Assembly (NCBI RefSeq): GCF_006345805.1
Contig: NC_043010.1
Span: 45,012,001-45,076,000 of the forward strand
Reading direction: 5' to 3'
Length of the DNA stretch: 64,000 nucleotides
Source: Octopus sinensis
Taxonomy: Eukaryota
Part shown: positions 1 to 13,747 of the stretch, piece by piece
How the letters are laid out: each line of letters starts with the position of its first letter
How positions within the stretch are numbered: the stretch's first letter is position 1
Position numbers and translations under genes: made by a program
The notes under the pieces: model-generated
Database searches by the model: none
Told to the model about the DNA's origin: nothing
The model's input: only the letters and a program-made list of their open reading frames with translations

Positions 1-700
1 TTCACCATCAGGTTTCTAGCACTCTCTTTATAACGCCAAGACAGCTGCCACCAACCTGGTGATGGTTACATTTGGTGGCGCATCTATGATTTTCTTTTGA
101 CAGATGCTGGTCGCGATAGCTGGAGATTGGACAGGATTGCTTATTCCTCCATTCCTCAGTGTTATTGGAGAGTAAAATCTTGCCTCTGTTTCTATTTTGA
201 ATCTCACTTCAACCGTACTGTGTTTTTTCCTAGGGTGATATGGGCCTTGCGTTCCTACATGCATCCTAGGCATGTTTGTAGTTGGGTTTCACTTCCACTT
301 TCCACCCGAAGCAATTTTGTTGAGATACAACGGGATGCAACTGTGCATCTTTGTATAGTTTCCATTAGGTATATTTTCCATAAATTGGTGGTTTTAGAGT
401 AACCTGTCATCCATTGTAATAAGGTCTAATTCTTGGTTTACATGATATTTTCCGAGATCTGTTGCAGCGCTTGCATATATATGCAGTTGCCTGGCTGTGC
501 TCGTTGTTTTTGGGGCCCTTGCTACATATCGAGCCGTGCGCCATTGTGTTACTACTGGTGGTTGCATACGTGCTGTTTATTCCGCCTGTTGAGGCGGTAG
601 CCATGGTAGTCGCGGCGGCAAGGGTAATGTCTCTTTCAAAATTTTCTTTATATTTTCAGTCTTCCTTGCATTTGTTGTTGTTGTTGTTTGTGGTGGTACT
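1..700 (-). mobile_element. Degenerate non-LTR retrotransposon ORF1-like fragment (probably L1/Tx1 clade)
   Basis: Broken minus-strand reading (…STVEVRFKIETEARFYS…PPNVTITRLVAAVL) resembles my recollection of molluscan Tx1-type ORF1. It has stops and frameshifts, and no diagnostic RT motif lies in the window. Confidence 0.35.
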
Positions 701-781
701 AGTTTTGGGAGCGTTGGTGGTGTTGTTGCTTTCACGTGCTGCTTGATTTTTTTGTGTGTTGTAGTAGTAGTAATAGCTGTT

Positions 782-907
782 TTCTTCTTCTTCTTCTTCT
801 TCTTCTTCTTCTTCTTCTTCTTCTTCTTCTTCTTCTTCGTCTTCGTCTTCTTCTTCTTCTTCTTCTTCTTCTTCTTCTTCTTCTTCTTCTTCTTCTTCTT
901 CTTCTTC
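782..907. repeat. (TCT)n microsatellite
   Basis: Directly visible; it produces the poly-K/E/L/F ORFs in the track. Confidence 0.98.
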
Positions 908-924
908 CAATCAGGACTCACGCC

Positions 925-1384
925 ATTAGCTACAAAGAATAATCTCTAATTCGAGCCTACTCTAAGGTACTAAGAATGCATGTGGCAACTTGAAGATCCA
1001 CCAACCACACGCGATAGACTGGCGGTTGCACGGTGCGAAAGTTACGTTGTTATCCTCATTCCGTAAACTGTAGCTTTCAATGGGTGGAGAGATGAACCAT
1101 CCTGGGGTACAGAGGATTCTCAATCTAGACTAGGGTCTGAAAGTTTAACACACCATAGTGGGCTACACCATGGTTCCTCCGCTTTGTGGCAGAAGTAGGA
1201 AGAAAGAGTGAAAGTTGTGATGCGAGAGTACAGCGGGGTTCACCTCCACCCCAGCCCGCCGGAGCCTCGTGGAGTTTAGGTGTTTTTGCTCAATAAACAC
1301 TCAAAATGCTCGGTCCGGGAATCGAAACCGCGTTCTTTCGACCGCGAGTCCGCTACCCCAACCACCGGGCCATTGCGCCTCCAC
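925..1384 (-). mobile_element. tRNA-derived SINE (family C; head GTGGAGGCGCAATGGCC…)
   Basis: The reverse complement has Pol III A-box (TGGCCCGGTGG) and B-box (GGTTTCGATTCCC) motifs. A related copy lies at ~15740-15940 (-). Confidence 0.75.
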
Positions 1385-1953
1385 AGTAGCTGTTGTTGTT
1401 TACTGCTGCTGTCGTTCAACGGGGTAGCAGTGTTGTACTCATTTTATTTTTGGAGAGAATATTCCCCTTACTGCCCTCATCTTTCAGAGTTACCTACCAC
1501 CTCTCTCACTAGTTCACTGGCTGTGGAAGCCGATTATGAGGACAAAATCTCGAGTTATTCTGAAAATTGAGATCCAAAGGGGTGAGAAACAGACACACTA
1601 ACCAGTATTGTGTGTTTTCGGTTGCCTTAACGATTTTTATACGACAAAATTTCAGCTAATGATAACTTTTAAAACTATATATAAAAAAAAAAAATGAATT
1701 TACGAGCGATGTGGCGGGCATCGAGCCGATAATAGCTTTTACTACTAAAGGTACAAGGCCTGAAATTTGGGGAAAGGAGGGAAGGGAGCTAGTCGATCAA
1801 GGTGATCCCAGTACTCAATTAGTACTTATTTCATCAATCTCGATAAAATGAATGACAAAGCATACCTCGGACAAAATTTGAACTCAGAACGTAAAGATGA
1901 ACGAAGTATTTTACCACAGCGTGCTATCGATTCAACCAGCTCACTGCGTACAT

Positions 1954-2180
<227 letters not shown>

Positions 2181-2184
2181 GATA

Positions 2185-2735
2185 TGCTTTGATGCAGTAC
2201 CAGACAGTAACTCTCATGGCTTCTGATCTTAAGTGATTGGAAGTGTTATCATGTACATTGTTTTGTCTTGGTATAAAAGATGGGCTACAGCAAATATTTT
2301 GCTCAGCACCACAGATTTGCTTCTCCGTTGTTTTACCTTAACCAGTTGAGCATGTCCCTTAGTGGCTGACAATATCTGCATCTCTGGTCACGAGCAGAAG
2401 TAGTGAGGGAGTATCATAGCCATGTGTTGAGAGTTTGGGGTTTGGATAATTCACCTTTGGAAACATGAATCTTTTGTTCAACATCCTTAAACGACACTTA
2501 TTCAGAGACCTTTTGAGTAGGATGGGCTACTCGACATGAAGAAAATTCTAACTGGGCCCCCACCTGCAAGGTCATGCGCTGTTTAATCTTGATATGAGAT
2601 CACCGTGTCGCGCACATGTGGTTGTGATACACGTGCCTGGTGTGCCCTTATCACACGGGTAGTCATGATGGGTATACTGGCTTTCGCATATTTTACTCCA
2701 GTATCATTTTGATGGCATGCACTGCTCTCTCACTC
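2185..2735 (-). mobile_element. ~550-bp interspersed repeat embedded in (TAA)n; its 3' ~200 bp recur inverted at 3119-3320
   Basis: GATGCAGTACCAGACAGTAACTCTCATGGCTTCTGATCTTAA… is the reverse complement of the sequence at ~3275-3315. Both copies run into (TTA)n on their own strand. Confidence 0.7.
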
Positions 2736-2772
<37 letters not shown>

Positions 2773-2810
2773 TAATAATAATAATAATAATAATAATATA
2801 ATAATAATAA

Positions 2811-2841
<31 letters not shown>

Positions 2842-2859
2842 AAGAAGAAGAAGAAGAAA

Positions 2860-3320
2860 GAAGAAGATTGAAGCTATCAACACCTGGAAGGTTTCACTCC
2901 TTCGATATGGAGCAGGAGTAATCGCATGTACAGTAGAGAAACCAAACAGCTTAGACAGAAAGACAATGAAGTTGCTAACTAGATATAGGATACTCCACCC
3001 AAAAGGTGACACAGACAGACTGTATGTACCAAGAAAAAGATGGCGAATAGGACTTATTGGATGCGAACAGAGCATTAGAACAGAAGAAAACAACATAGCT
3101 TGGTGTGTGAAAAATGCCACAGAGATGCACATATCGTCAGCCACTAAGGAACATGCTCAACTGGTTACGGTCAAACAACTGACAAGCAAAACTGTGATAT
3201 TGAGCAGAATATTTGCTGTAGCCCAACTTTTATACCAAGACAAAACAATGTACATGATAACACTTCCAATCAGTTAAGATCAGAAGCCATGAGAGCTACT
3301 GTCTGGTACTGCATCAGGGG
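2860..3320 (+). mobile_element. Dong/R4-like LINE RT-thumb fragment joined to the repeat above
   Basis: ORF 2966-3277 contains KLLTRYRILHPKGDTDRLYVPRKRWRIGL, the LHPKxDxDRLYxPR motif of R4/Dong-type RT C-termini. Confidence 0.7.
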
Positions 3321-3321
3321 A

Positions 3322-3370
<49 letters not shown>

Positions 3371-4051
3371 GGTGAAGGAAATTTAAAATTAATGAAATGA
3401 GGTGTATCATATCATCATATAATATTACCCAAGTGATTTATAATATTTTTCGTTTCAACAGAAAAATCCTTAATACTCGTATAAGGAAGCGACCATTTCG
3501 ATCTATTTGATCTTTTCTAGACAGAAATAGCTGCGTATATAGATACGAATGTTAATTAAAACATTACATCATTTACAGTACAGAAGAAGCAAATCTTTTA
3601 GAACAGAGAATATATACGAAATAACTATTTCACCGAGTAGAAATCATTTTTGTTTATAGTTTATAGTTAATTAGAAATAGAGAAATAGGAGAAAATCTAA
3701 ATTGTTTTAAAATCTAAAATCTATCTTGGAACATTATCTAACGCATTTTCTTTCCCGCGAAAGTAAGTATTGCAGCTGCAGTTAAAATGTTGTGGAGTTA
3801 GAAGTTTAGTTCTAGCCAATTTCCAATGGCACTTCTAAGCATGTATTCTTTGCTCATATATATATATTTGATTTGATTTGAAAACCCCACTGGAAAGCGC
3901 TAATAATCTGAATGATATGATCTGAATGATATGATATATATATATGTAAAAAATGTAATATATAAATAAATATCTATAAACATGAACCATCCGATCTTCT
4001 GATTACCTCATTTCTTCTAATATATAATACCTGTTCATCATCTCCAAACCT

Positions 4052-4098
<47 letters not shown>

Positions 4099-4414
4099 CA
4101 ATTCTATGGCATTGTAAGCGCTTCCTTCGCAGGATGCTCGTCCCTACGTATTGCATAGAAGGGTAACATCTCATATAGCATTAATTATATTTATTTATTT
4201 TTTTGTTTGGTTTGAAGTTCATGCAAGTTTCATTCCTATGTCTCTTGTTCTCGTTTCAACTAAAAGTTTTTGTTATTGTTATTGTTAATTTTTGTTATTG
4301 TTAATTATAAATTTCCCTGTCCATTTGTATCACATTACGGGAAAGAATCTAATTTTAGTTATTTCAATTAGCTTTCTCTCTCTCTCTCTTTCATAACTAT
4401 GCTCTCTCTCTACC

Positions 4415-4473
<59 letters not shown>

Positions 4474-4654
4474 TTCTGTATGTCTACTTCTGTGTGTCAG
4501 TCACCTTCATTTTCCATATATTTTGTTTCTCTCTTTCTCCTCTCTGCCCATCTTTCTATCCGTCCATCTGTCTGTCTATCTGTTTTTCTGTCCGTCTATC
4601 TGTCTGTCTGTCTATCTACCTATATATCTATCTGCCTGTCTGCCTGTTTGTCTG

Positions 4655-5160
4655 TCTGTAGATCGGAACAAGTGGAGAGGTGCTGTTAGAACTGGTTGCA
4701 ATGCCTAGGAAGAAAAGATGATTCAGCACTCTGAACTTAAAAGGGCCTTTCGTAAAGGAACAATTGGAACTGTAATCAACAGTGAACATTGGATATGTAT
4801 ATATGTGACTGTGTTCTGTTGTCAAAAGCTGGATTCGTGAATCATATGAAGTCACATGAAAATCGTAATGCTCAGATGGATATTGATCTTGGACACCAAC
4901 CGCCTCTTACGACTTGTGCCATATGTGAAAAAACTTGTAAGACAATATCTGGACTTAAAAGACATATACTAGTTCACAAAAACATTCCTTTAGAATCAGA
5001 TTTCAAAGGGCAATGATAAAGGAGAAACTTGAATAATATCTGTCACTTGTGTTTTAAACCCTATCAGTTAGCAGCTGGTCTTAAAAGTCATCTAAGGACT
5101 CGCCAATGGAGCGATTGTACTGTGTGATGGGGTGTGGTGTGTATGTTGATGGGACGGCTA
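4655..5160 (+). mobile_element. 3' end of an RTE-clade LINE with three degenerate C2H2-like fingers
   Basis: DRNKWRGAVRTGCNA*EEK (RTE C-terminal DRxxWR motif) is followed by YICDCVLLSKAGFVNHMKSH, CAICEKTCKTISGLKRHILVH and CHLCFKPYQLAAGLKSHLR, with internal stops. Confidence 0.7.
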
Positions 5161-6099
5161 CCATCTCTCAGTATGAAGCAATCATCATGTATGTATTATA
5201 TAACAGAGTTGTGAAAGCTGGGTGTATTGAAGAGCATCCCTCTACAACCGGAATGCAAGTGTCGTATTTGTGTACGAGGATAATCTGACAGTCACTGTAC
5301 TGAACATTGCAGAAATCTTTCTGGTTGGTACTGTTCTGAATGAATACGAATAACCGGAACACACATTAATCAGGTTAAGTTGACGGGCTTGTAACTCGGT
5401 ATTTGATGAGACACGTTCATGCTGGCCAGAAGCGATGCCGTAAGTTACTCGACTGACGTCTTTAATTGAAACTAGCTCTTCAGAGGGAAGGAGACTGGGA
5501 AATATACTGTGCGATGTTGCCATTTCACATAGAATTGGGCTGATTGGAAGCTATCCTCGAAAGAATTGATAAATACTTCCTTCACCGCCATGATTTGATA
5601 TCAGCCTTCCCCATGTTGATTGTACGGAAAACTTTGTCTTTGTATTCAAAACGGTGAACGAAGTGAAAGGGGTGGTACATTACACACCTGCGAAGAATTT
5701 AGTATTATAACAATAGAAGTGGACAGAAGGTTCACTGCAAAGAAAATTGGCAACAACGTTGACCTTTGGCTCTGTCATTTTTAGCAAAAGCACGAGCAGC
5801 TGGAAGGTATCCAGATAACTAGGAACGATATGAGTTCGAGTGTAGGATTCATGAACATTATCAAGGTGACTATCTAGCAGAGTTGTTACAAGGCTGGACA
5901 AAATGTTTAGTGGCATTTCTTCCGGTTCTTTACATTCTAAGTCGATAGAATAAATCCCAGTTCAGCGCTGGGGTCGATTTTATCGAATCCCCCGCTCAAA
6001 ATTGCTGGTCTCGTGCCAAAGTTAGAAAGAATTATTATTATATTTTATTCTGTCGTTATTATTCATTTTACTAACGACACATATTCGAGTGCATGTTTG

Positions 6100-9000
6100 T
6101 TGTTTACCAAAAGACGATTTTATTAAACATCTGTTTAATTTTGTCTTGATCTTCCTAACATGTTAATTCTTGATATCTATTACCTTGATGTCTCATATAT
6201 ACACCCCCAGAACATCTGGGGAAAAATCTGCCCAACAAATCATAATCGACAGGTGTGTGGCTGTAAAAAAAATCGATTCGTACGCCCAAATATAAAGGTG
6301 CTCGCGATAGATATAGGCAGACATAGACTTCATCAAAAAGACCCGACAATTCAGCGCAGTCGAGGTGCAATTCCTCTATTGTTTCCTGCGAGGAACTTGT
6401 CCTCATTCGCACTTATCTGGAAAGATGGATAATGAGGGTGAAGATACCCAGTTTGTCACCAAAGCTTGATATATGATGGGTTGTGGCGTATGTTTTCTTG
6501 GAAAGAATTGCTTCTCTTCTTGACGTTGAAAAATATAAGCAGGATAACTGGTCCGGCATAAGACAGAAGGTCACATTACTGTTGTAATCAGAACAACTGG
6601 AAAAGATTCTGGATTTAATTCAACTACCGAATGAGGCAGAACTTCACTTTAAGGTGGATAGCGGAAGGTCAAGGTGTCCCATATATGGTAATATCAACCA
6701 CCTGATATCCTTCTGATCCTAACACAAGGCGTAAGTATGGGATCCCCCTACTTTCCACTGCTTCCGATAGCACAGACATAATAAATACTATACGAACAAC
6801 AGCAAAAATAGCAGCATCAACGGCAACAAAATCTAAACAGTAAAATTAGCAACAGAAACACAAAGACAAAAGCAGTAATAGCTGCAAAAACATCACAAAC
6901 GAAAACAAGAGAACTTCCATGATGAAAACAAAGAGCACCCCTACAAAGGTCACTTGGCTTTGCTCAGAACAACGTGCAGACATAGAAATATACTTTTCCA
7001 TCTCAGAACTCTCCTAGCTCGGAAATTTCGCCGTGCAATGAAGGTGGAGAGCAGAAAAAAATTGAAAAAGAACGTTCTACTAAAAAAATTAGGAAGTATA
7101 AAGAAACGATAGTCCTCTTCTCAAGTAACAATTCGTGCACATCATCACTACTAACACAACCATTTCGAAAACAACCAAACCCGCTACTGTACTTCAACAT
7201 CAACAACACTCAAACAATAACCAGAAAAGAAGTTAGCAGTAAAAACCACCGAAAACACAAACATAACTCCGACCACCGAAAAAGAAGCAACAAAAATAGC
7301 AGCAAAAACAGTATCAACCAAATATGCAAAACGCAAACTCCATCAATTTTAGTGTTGTAGACAAATACAACAGTAATTTGATGAATTATATTTTAAAAAT
7401 CTGAAAAAAGAAATACGAGGGCAAGTTTTATCAAAGTTGGAACCAAAATACCACAGAGAAATTGAAAATGTCGCTAGATGTTTGCAAAACCTAATTAAAA
7501 AAATTCCCTGAAGTATCAGCATTTTGGCTCTGGCACTTAACATGAAATATCTCAATGAGCCATAGAAGGAAACTATAATGAAGACTGAGCTACTTAGTTT
7601 TTTAACCAGTGTAGGGTCGGCAATCTCTTTGACTTAGCTTTTTCCAACCAACGTGCTAAAAATCAGTAAGTTATATAAATGTACGTGTCCTGTAATTAAC
7701 TTTGGAACGAAGATCGCTTGCTTAATGACCTCAAGTCATTAGAGATAAAAGCGGTAGTAGTCAGTTAGGTCAAGATTTTCGTCACGCACGCGCACGTACC
7801 CATTTTTGTCGGCTATGCGATATACTTACCTCTTTGCCGGCCTGAATCATGAGGAGGTGTGACAGTGTTTAAAAAGCTTTGAATATAACGGTGTGGTGAC
7901 TTTTCCTTGGTACGGATTATTAAGTCAGTGTTTCGGTACGTGTCCAGCAGTGTCGGCTGCTCTTTCATACTAGTAAGCGTTTATGTCTCAACGGGGGCCG
8001 GGGGCCGAATTTCTTCATGTGTCTACTGCTGGGAATTGCTCGCTCTATTGTACTGGTGGGTGACTACAATAACATCTTAGATGTACAACGGAATTGTGTA
8101 TGCCTAACAGACAAGAAATGATGGATCACCCAGATCGAATCTAAATAGTGTATTTATTGTCAATAGATAATGCTGATATCTGATATAGATTGTTCACAAT
8201 TTCAAACGGTCAGCTACACAGAGCACAAATTTATGGTTTGCACAGTTGAATTAGATGCAACATGTAGACAGGGACCTGGCTACTGGAAACTGAACTTGTT
8301 CTCGCTGCGTAAAACCTTAATTCAGAGTCCATGAATTAACGGAAGAATCAGTAAGTTTTATTCGAGAAATCGTAATAGAGAAAAATATATTAGAGTGAGG
8401 AATTAGTAAGTACGTTAGAAGACGTGATTAGGAAAGGTAACGTGACCGACATGCAACCGGCAGACAATTTCTTCAACGCGAAACACGAAGACTAAATTAT
8501 TAGTCTTTCTTTCTTTCTCTAATGAACGAAGAAACGAAAACCATTCCATTGTGCCGGTTGGCAGAGGTGCAATGTGGCAAAGATGTCACAATTCGGTCTT
8601 TGATGGACTAGGATGGCGGGCGCTACGCAATTCGAAGCATACGTGAGTGAATTTTCGGAAGCACTTTACTCAACTATTTCGGGTGAGCGATGATTCGGAG
8701 ACAGTGGTGGATTTTATTACCTACTTCATCATCTAGTCTCAACTGTTGGTAGAAGATACACAGTGCTGTGAAAAACCAATAATAGCAGCTGAAATACGAA
8801 ATTTGCTGGTTGTTTGTAAGATGCACAGATTACCTAGTTTAGATGGTCTACCCTACGAGCTTTACGCATATATACCATATTCTTTCGTCGACCCCTTGCC
8901 AAACATGCATTTGCAACTAGCAGCAGAACTAGCGTACTCTAGCAGTAGAAGCTCGGGAAAAAGCGGCTCATTTGCTGATGATGCAAATAAATTCCATTTA

Positions 9001-10340
9001 GTTCATTATTATCAAACTAATTAGTACTTGGAATAATAGTACTTGAAATAAGTAGCTACACACATCAACAGACATAGCAGTAAAGTTAAACACATGATAC
9101 TACTGTAACTTTTTGGACAAAGAGATAAAAGAATGGTGGTGTATAGATGTATATCGTTGAAAAGAAAGAGGCTGCAGATAATCTACTCAGATGAAGTAGA
9201 ATTATGATTGAAAAGTGTCTGGGAAAATAGACGTTAGTACTCGTGCCAACCATTTGACTATATGCGAGTAAACAGTTCATCTGGCACATGTAGTGTCGAT
9301 CATTAATGCTTAGTTCGTACAGCTTTGATTCCGTCTTCAGGGCTTGGATTGTCACATTTTACAGCAAAATCTGTTCAATGGTCAGACTAAATGGGCCGCT
9401 ATTAGAACAGTTCATGTGCTCGATCTGTCAAGGTTGGCCCTTTCGTCCTTTGTGTATTTACTGATTCTATAGCATACTACTAATACTACTACGAAGCTAG
9501 GATGCGGGAAATCTGTTCCGGCATAATGCGGATGACGTCACCGTTATAGTGTTGGACACCAGAAGACTCGAGGAGATAAGTACCACTCTAAGGGAGTACG
9601 GAATGACGACTGGAGCCAAAGCCAACCAGGAAAGTCGGTGGGTCTGTAGCTAGGTACATAAAGTGTTGGACGGAGAAATTGATTAAATTGCTCAAAGTCT
9701 ACTTTCGTCCTGATAGTCATCTAGGGAAAAGCTGGGCGAGGAGCAGCGTGGCGAGTCTCACCTACAAATGAATCGAGACGAAGCTATCCTTGAAGGACCA
9801 GACAGAAATCTAACAGCATTTGTAACCGCCTGGCCATCATACCTTACCTCGGTTCACGTCTGATCAGACTGAAGCGTCAGTTCTTTCTATTCTTGATAAG
9901 AACACACGCTCGATTCAGCAGACGGTACACTACATAGAGGTCTGGGCATGCCGTGACTGATGATACACTGGGATGTGCCGAGGATGTGGCGTCTCCAGCG
10001 TTTCCATGACGGTGAACAAGTATGATCCCGTTTGTCAGATTTGTTTGTCCTCAGCTCACTCTTTTCACAGAGCTGAAATCCTAAGTCAAGTGAAGACCAA
10101 GACAGAGGTCTTGGTATCTGGAGTAACGCAAGGCCCCACAGCCCTCTACTAGTCGAGCAATGAAATCGGTAAAAATTCAACAGTGGCGTTCTATAGAGGG
10201 TTACTATCGAACAAAAGTGACGTTGTCCTTTGGGAAAATCTAATAGGATTTGGCGAAAATCAACAGGCTGGTTCGTTTCGGAGGATTTTCAGCGTGAGAC
10301 CCATGAATATTATTAAGAAAATCCTAGCTTAGCAGAGCTT
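6100..10340 (+). mobile_element. Decayed L1/Tx1-clade LINE (ORF1 knuckle, APE, RT)
   Basis: GPGYWKLN at 8272-8295, PSLDGLPYELY at ~8830-8865, ADDVTV at 9528-9545, GLGMP at ~9940 and a knuckle-like RCPIYGNINHL at ~6675. Many stops and frameshifts. Confidence 0.75.
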
Positions 10341-10749
10341 ACGGATTGGAGGACATCTGCAGTTCGAAGGTTCTGCTCACAGATGTGCGCAGGAACAAGT
10401 ACCTCACTACTTCCACTATCAACAACATCAACAAATTACAGGAGAAAACAAAGAGAAAGAGGGCAGACGAATATACTGATCTGACCCTCAGATACCAAAT
10501 GTTTGGAAGCATCAAAGTTAAAAACTTCGAAAAAGTTGTGGCAATTCACTTGAGCAGGCGACAGGTCAATGATCACAACAGAAACAACATCAGCCACAAC
10601 ATCAGTCACAACAAAATCAACCTCAACAGCAGCATCATGCAGTCCATGAAAATGCATCAGTATGTTCTGAGGTTGACGCACCTACAGAAACATCTGGACT
10701 ACCATGATGGTTTCATCGACGAACACGATGAAGGCAAACAGACGTAGGT

Positions 10750-11235
10750 GCCTTTCGTGCGACAAGTCTTTCCCAGTTCATCTCCTCAACCGAACTGCAA
10801 TCATAGGTTAAGCGTTGGTCGCTTGGTATCTAGAATATTACCAGGGGCTGTATTGACTATATGAGGCCGTTGGTAGGAAAACAACTCTATTCATGTTATA
10901 GAGGGTTACTTGAATTTAAAAGAGACGATGGTGTGGGATTGAATCTGGGCATCAACGATAACGGTCTGAACGATGTCTTCTGGAGGACTTTTGAATCGGG
11001 GCTATGCACAATTTCCCAAAACTACTTGGCATAATACTACTTGTTCAAGGCAAGCTCTGTACGCATAGAAGTGCCTACTGCTGAGCCTCTCTAAGATGCA
11101 TGCAGGACAAAACCAGCCTTGACATCTTCGTTCAGTGTCCGTCTATTAGCGACATGCATGTTAGTGTTGAACAGCTTCTGTCGTCTGGAAAGAATCTAGC
11201 TGTCCGCCGAGTCTAAAATTAAGGTCGACGCACCA

Positions 11236-11272
<37 letters not shown>

Positions 11273-11520
11273 AAGGAAGAGAGGCTGATCTATTTCTTTT
11301 TGATAGCTGTGGTGAAAGAGGTTTCTGAATGGACTTGGGTAGATAAGAAAATGTCTGTCTGGAGACAGACATTTTCTTATCTAACCAAGATTTCATCAAC
11401 TTCTTCAAATACCACTTGAAGAGGAATGTAAAGGTAGAGAAGATGCTACCTTCTCGTGTGTTTATCGAAAGGTGGATAAGGGCCGCATGATTAGTGAATC
11501 AGAAAAGGCATAACCCGACC
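10750..11520 (+). mobile_element. Second L1/Tx1 C-terminal fragment
   Basis: It repeats the YRGLL…F+RxF C-terminal segment already seen at ~10140-10340, then a Cys/His region (RCMQ…VQCPSISD) and DFINFFKYHLKRNVKVEK…FIERW. Confidence 0.6.
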
Positions 11521-11899
11521 AACGTTTTTCTAAGTAAGTGGTTACAAACTGAGATGGGGAACTTTTGGTGGTTTGGAGATAGCACAGGAATCGGGATGAT
11601 TTTGTGTGAGGTTTCCCTGGAATTACACTACGTGATGATAATCGACTGTTTTCCTTGTTAAAAATTTTGTTGTAATTTTATGTCATTTATTATATTTTTT
11701 CTTTTCTTATATATGTATTGTTATTGATTTCCTTTTTTGTCGATGTAAACTCCACTTTTCTGTTTGGGTTGTTTTTCGTCCTTCATATTGTCCTCAATGA
11801 TTTGGGTCCTTATAGCAAATAATAGAAATTCTCCTGCCTTCACACCCATCTCCTCTTCTGTATTATTATCATTATTGTTGTTGTTGTCGTTATAAATGC

Positions 11900-12790
11900 G
11901 GTGTGCTGGCAGAATCGTTAGTACGCTGGACAAAATGCTTAGCGGTATTTTGTCTGCCGCTACGTTCTGAGTTCAAATTCCGCCGAGGTCGACTTTGCTT
12001 TTCATCCTTTCGGGGTCGATTAAATAAGTACCAGTTACGCTCTGGGGTCGATATAATCGACTTAATCTGTTTGTCTGTCCTTGTTTGTCCTCTCTGTGTT
12101 TAACCCTTTGTGGGTAGTAAAGAAATGGGTATTTCGGCCGTCGCTGCAATTTCATGAAGTATTATTACATCGACTTATCCCTTCACTCAAAATTGCTGTC
12201 CTTGTGACAAAATGAGAGAAAGGCAGCTAGCTGGCAGAATCGTTAGCAAGCTCTGCAAGCATGGATTACATCGACCACCGGGGTCGATGTAATCGACTTA
12301 TCCCCCTCCACCTTCAAGTTGCCCTTGAGACAATAATTTGAAATAATAATGATAATAATAATTATTATTAAGGCGGCGAGCTGGCCGAATCTTTAGCATG
12401 CCGGGCGAAATGCTTAGCAGTATCTCGTCCATGTATATTTTCTGAGTTCAAATTCCGCTGAGGTCGTACTGGCATCGATCTAATCAACTGGCCCTTCCCC
12501 CCCAAATTCCAAGACTTGTGCCTATAGTAGAAAGGATTATTACTTTTTATTATTATTATCATTATTAAGATGGAGAGCTGGCAGAGTTAGTAAGCTGGTA
12601 TACATGCTTAGTGGCATTTCGTTTAAGTTCTGAGTTCAAACTCCACTGTGGTTAACATTTGCGTTTCATCCTTTCGGAGTTGATAAAATAAGCACTAGCT
12701 GAGCACTAAAGTTGATGTAACCAACTTACTCCCGCCGCTAAACTTGCTAGTCTTGTCCTAAAATTTAAAACCAATACTTATAAGGAATCT
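11900..12790 (+). mobile_element. Cluster of four same-orientation tRNA-derived SINEs (family B; head GGCGGCGAGCTGGCAGAATCGTTAGC)
   Basis: Heads at ~11900, ~12222, ~12372 and ~12569, with GAGTTCAAATTCC B-box-like motifs. Other copies lie at ~1700-1890 (-), 14494-14700, ~19268-19435 and ~23513-23800. Confidence 0.8.
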
Positions 12791-13651
12791 TTACTTAATT
12801 TTCATGTCAATGATTAAAAAAATTGTAATCCTTTGTTTTCTTCCTATTTCTAACGTTACTTTCATACTTGCATGATTTTATCCTAGCTTTCCTTCTTAGT
12901 ATTTCTATCAGTTCTGTACAGGCGTTGTGTTCCTAATAACTTTTGAGCGTTTTCCTAAATTAATCATCATTCTCTTATGCCATTAAGGTATATATGACAA
13001 AAATATTTTCTTAATCTGAAAATTACTTTTAAAATGTAGTGTAAAATTTAATATTTATTGATAAAAAAAAAACTTTCATATTAAAAACTGTAAACACACA
13101 CAATCCATTCTTCTTCCACTGGGCGTAAAAATTTTAATAGAAATGTCTAGAAAAAGTTATACAAAAGTAGGCAATGACAATATCTATACATTTGTGATTT
13201 TTTCCCAAATAAATTCTACTCAATTGTCGATGTTTTGGTGAGAGCAATGGACCTCCCTGGGCATCCATGAGATTATTGCGTCTCAACGTATTTCCCGTGC
13301 AGTTTTACATACAGAATATATTTATGAATTTGCTTTGTGAAAAGTTTTGTTTCATTGTGGACATGAATGAATGTTTCTCACGACAGTGGGTCTTGTTTTT
13401 AGTCCTGTTAGGCTTTGAATGGAAAGCATTAAATGCTGTGAATTTTTCCTTTTTATAAGAAAAAAAAGGAAAAGTCGCCTTTTATTGTCAACACCCATTT
13501 TCTTTTCTACGAGATATAGCACGTGTTAGCACAAAGCACCTGGATGGTGTAGAACAAATATAAAACTACACAGACACAATATTTAATACATACACACATA
13601 CCATAGAAATATTTCAAACAAAGACTCTACATCATTCAAAAGAATTTGCTC

Positions 13652-13687
13652 TATATAAACTAGTTTGCAGTTTTACAGAATCACTTT
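13652..13687 (+). promoter_or_regulatory. Candidate core promoter of gene A (TATA box + initiator)
   Basis: TATATAA at 13652-13658 and the Inr-like TCACTTT at 13681-13687 (A at about +31 from the TATA), ~65 nt upstream of the ATG. An AP-1-like TGAGTCA lies at 13702-13708. Confidence 0.55.
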
Positions 13688-13747
13688 GCCTCTCGCCTCC
13701 GTGAGTCAACTCAAAATTTCTCAGCAGTGAAGGTAAACGTTACCATA

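Noticed and set aside
4789-5110. Host C2H2 zinc-finger gene
   Set aside because: It has in-frame stops, is continuous with an RTE LINE C-terminus and has no exon structure.
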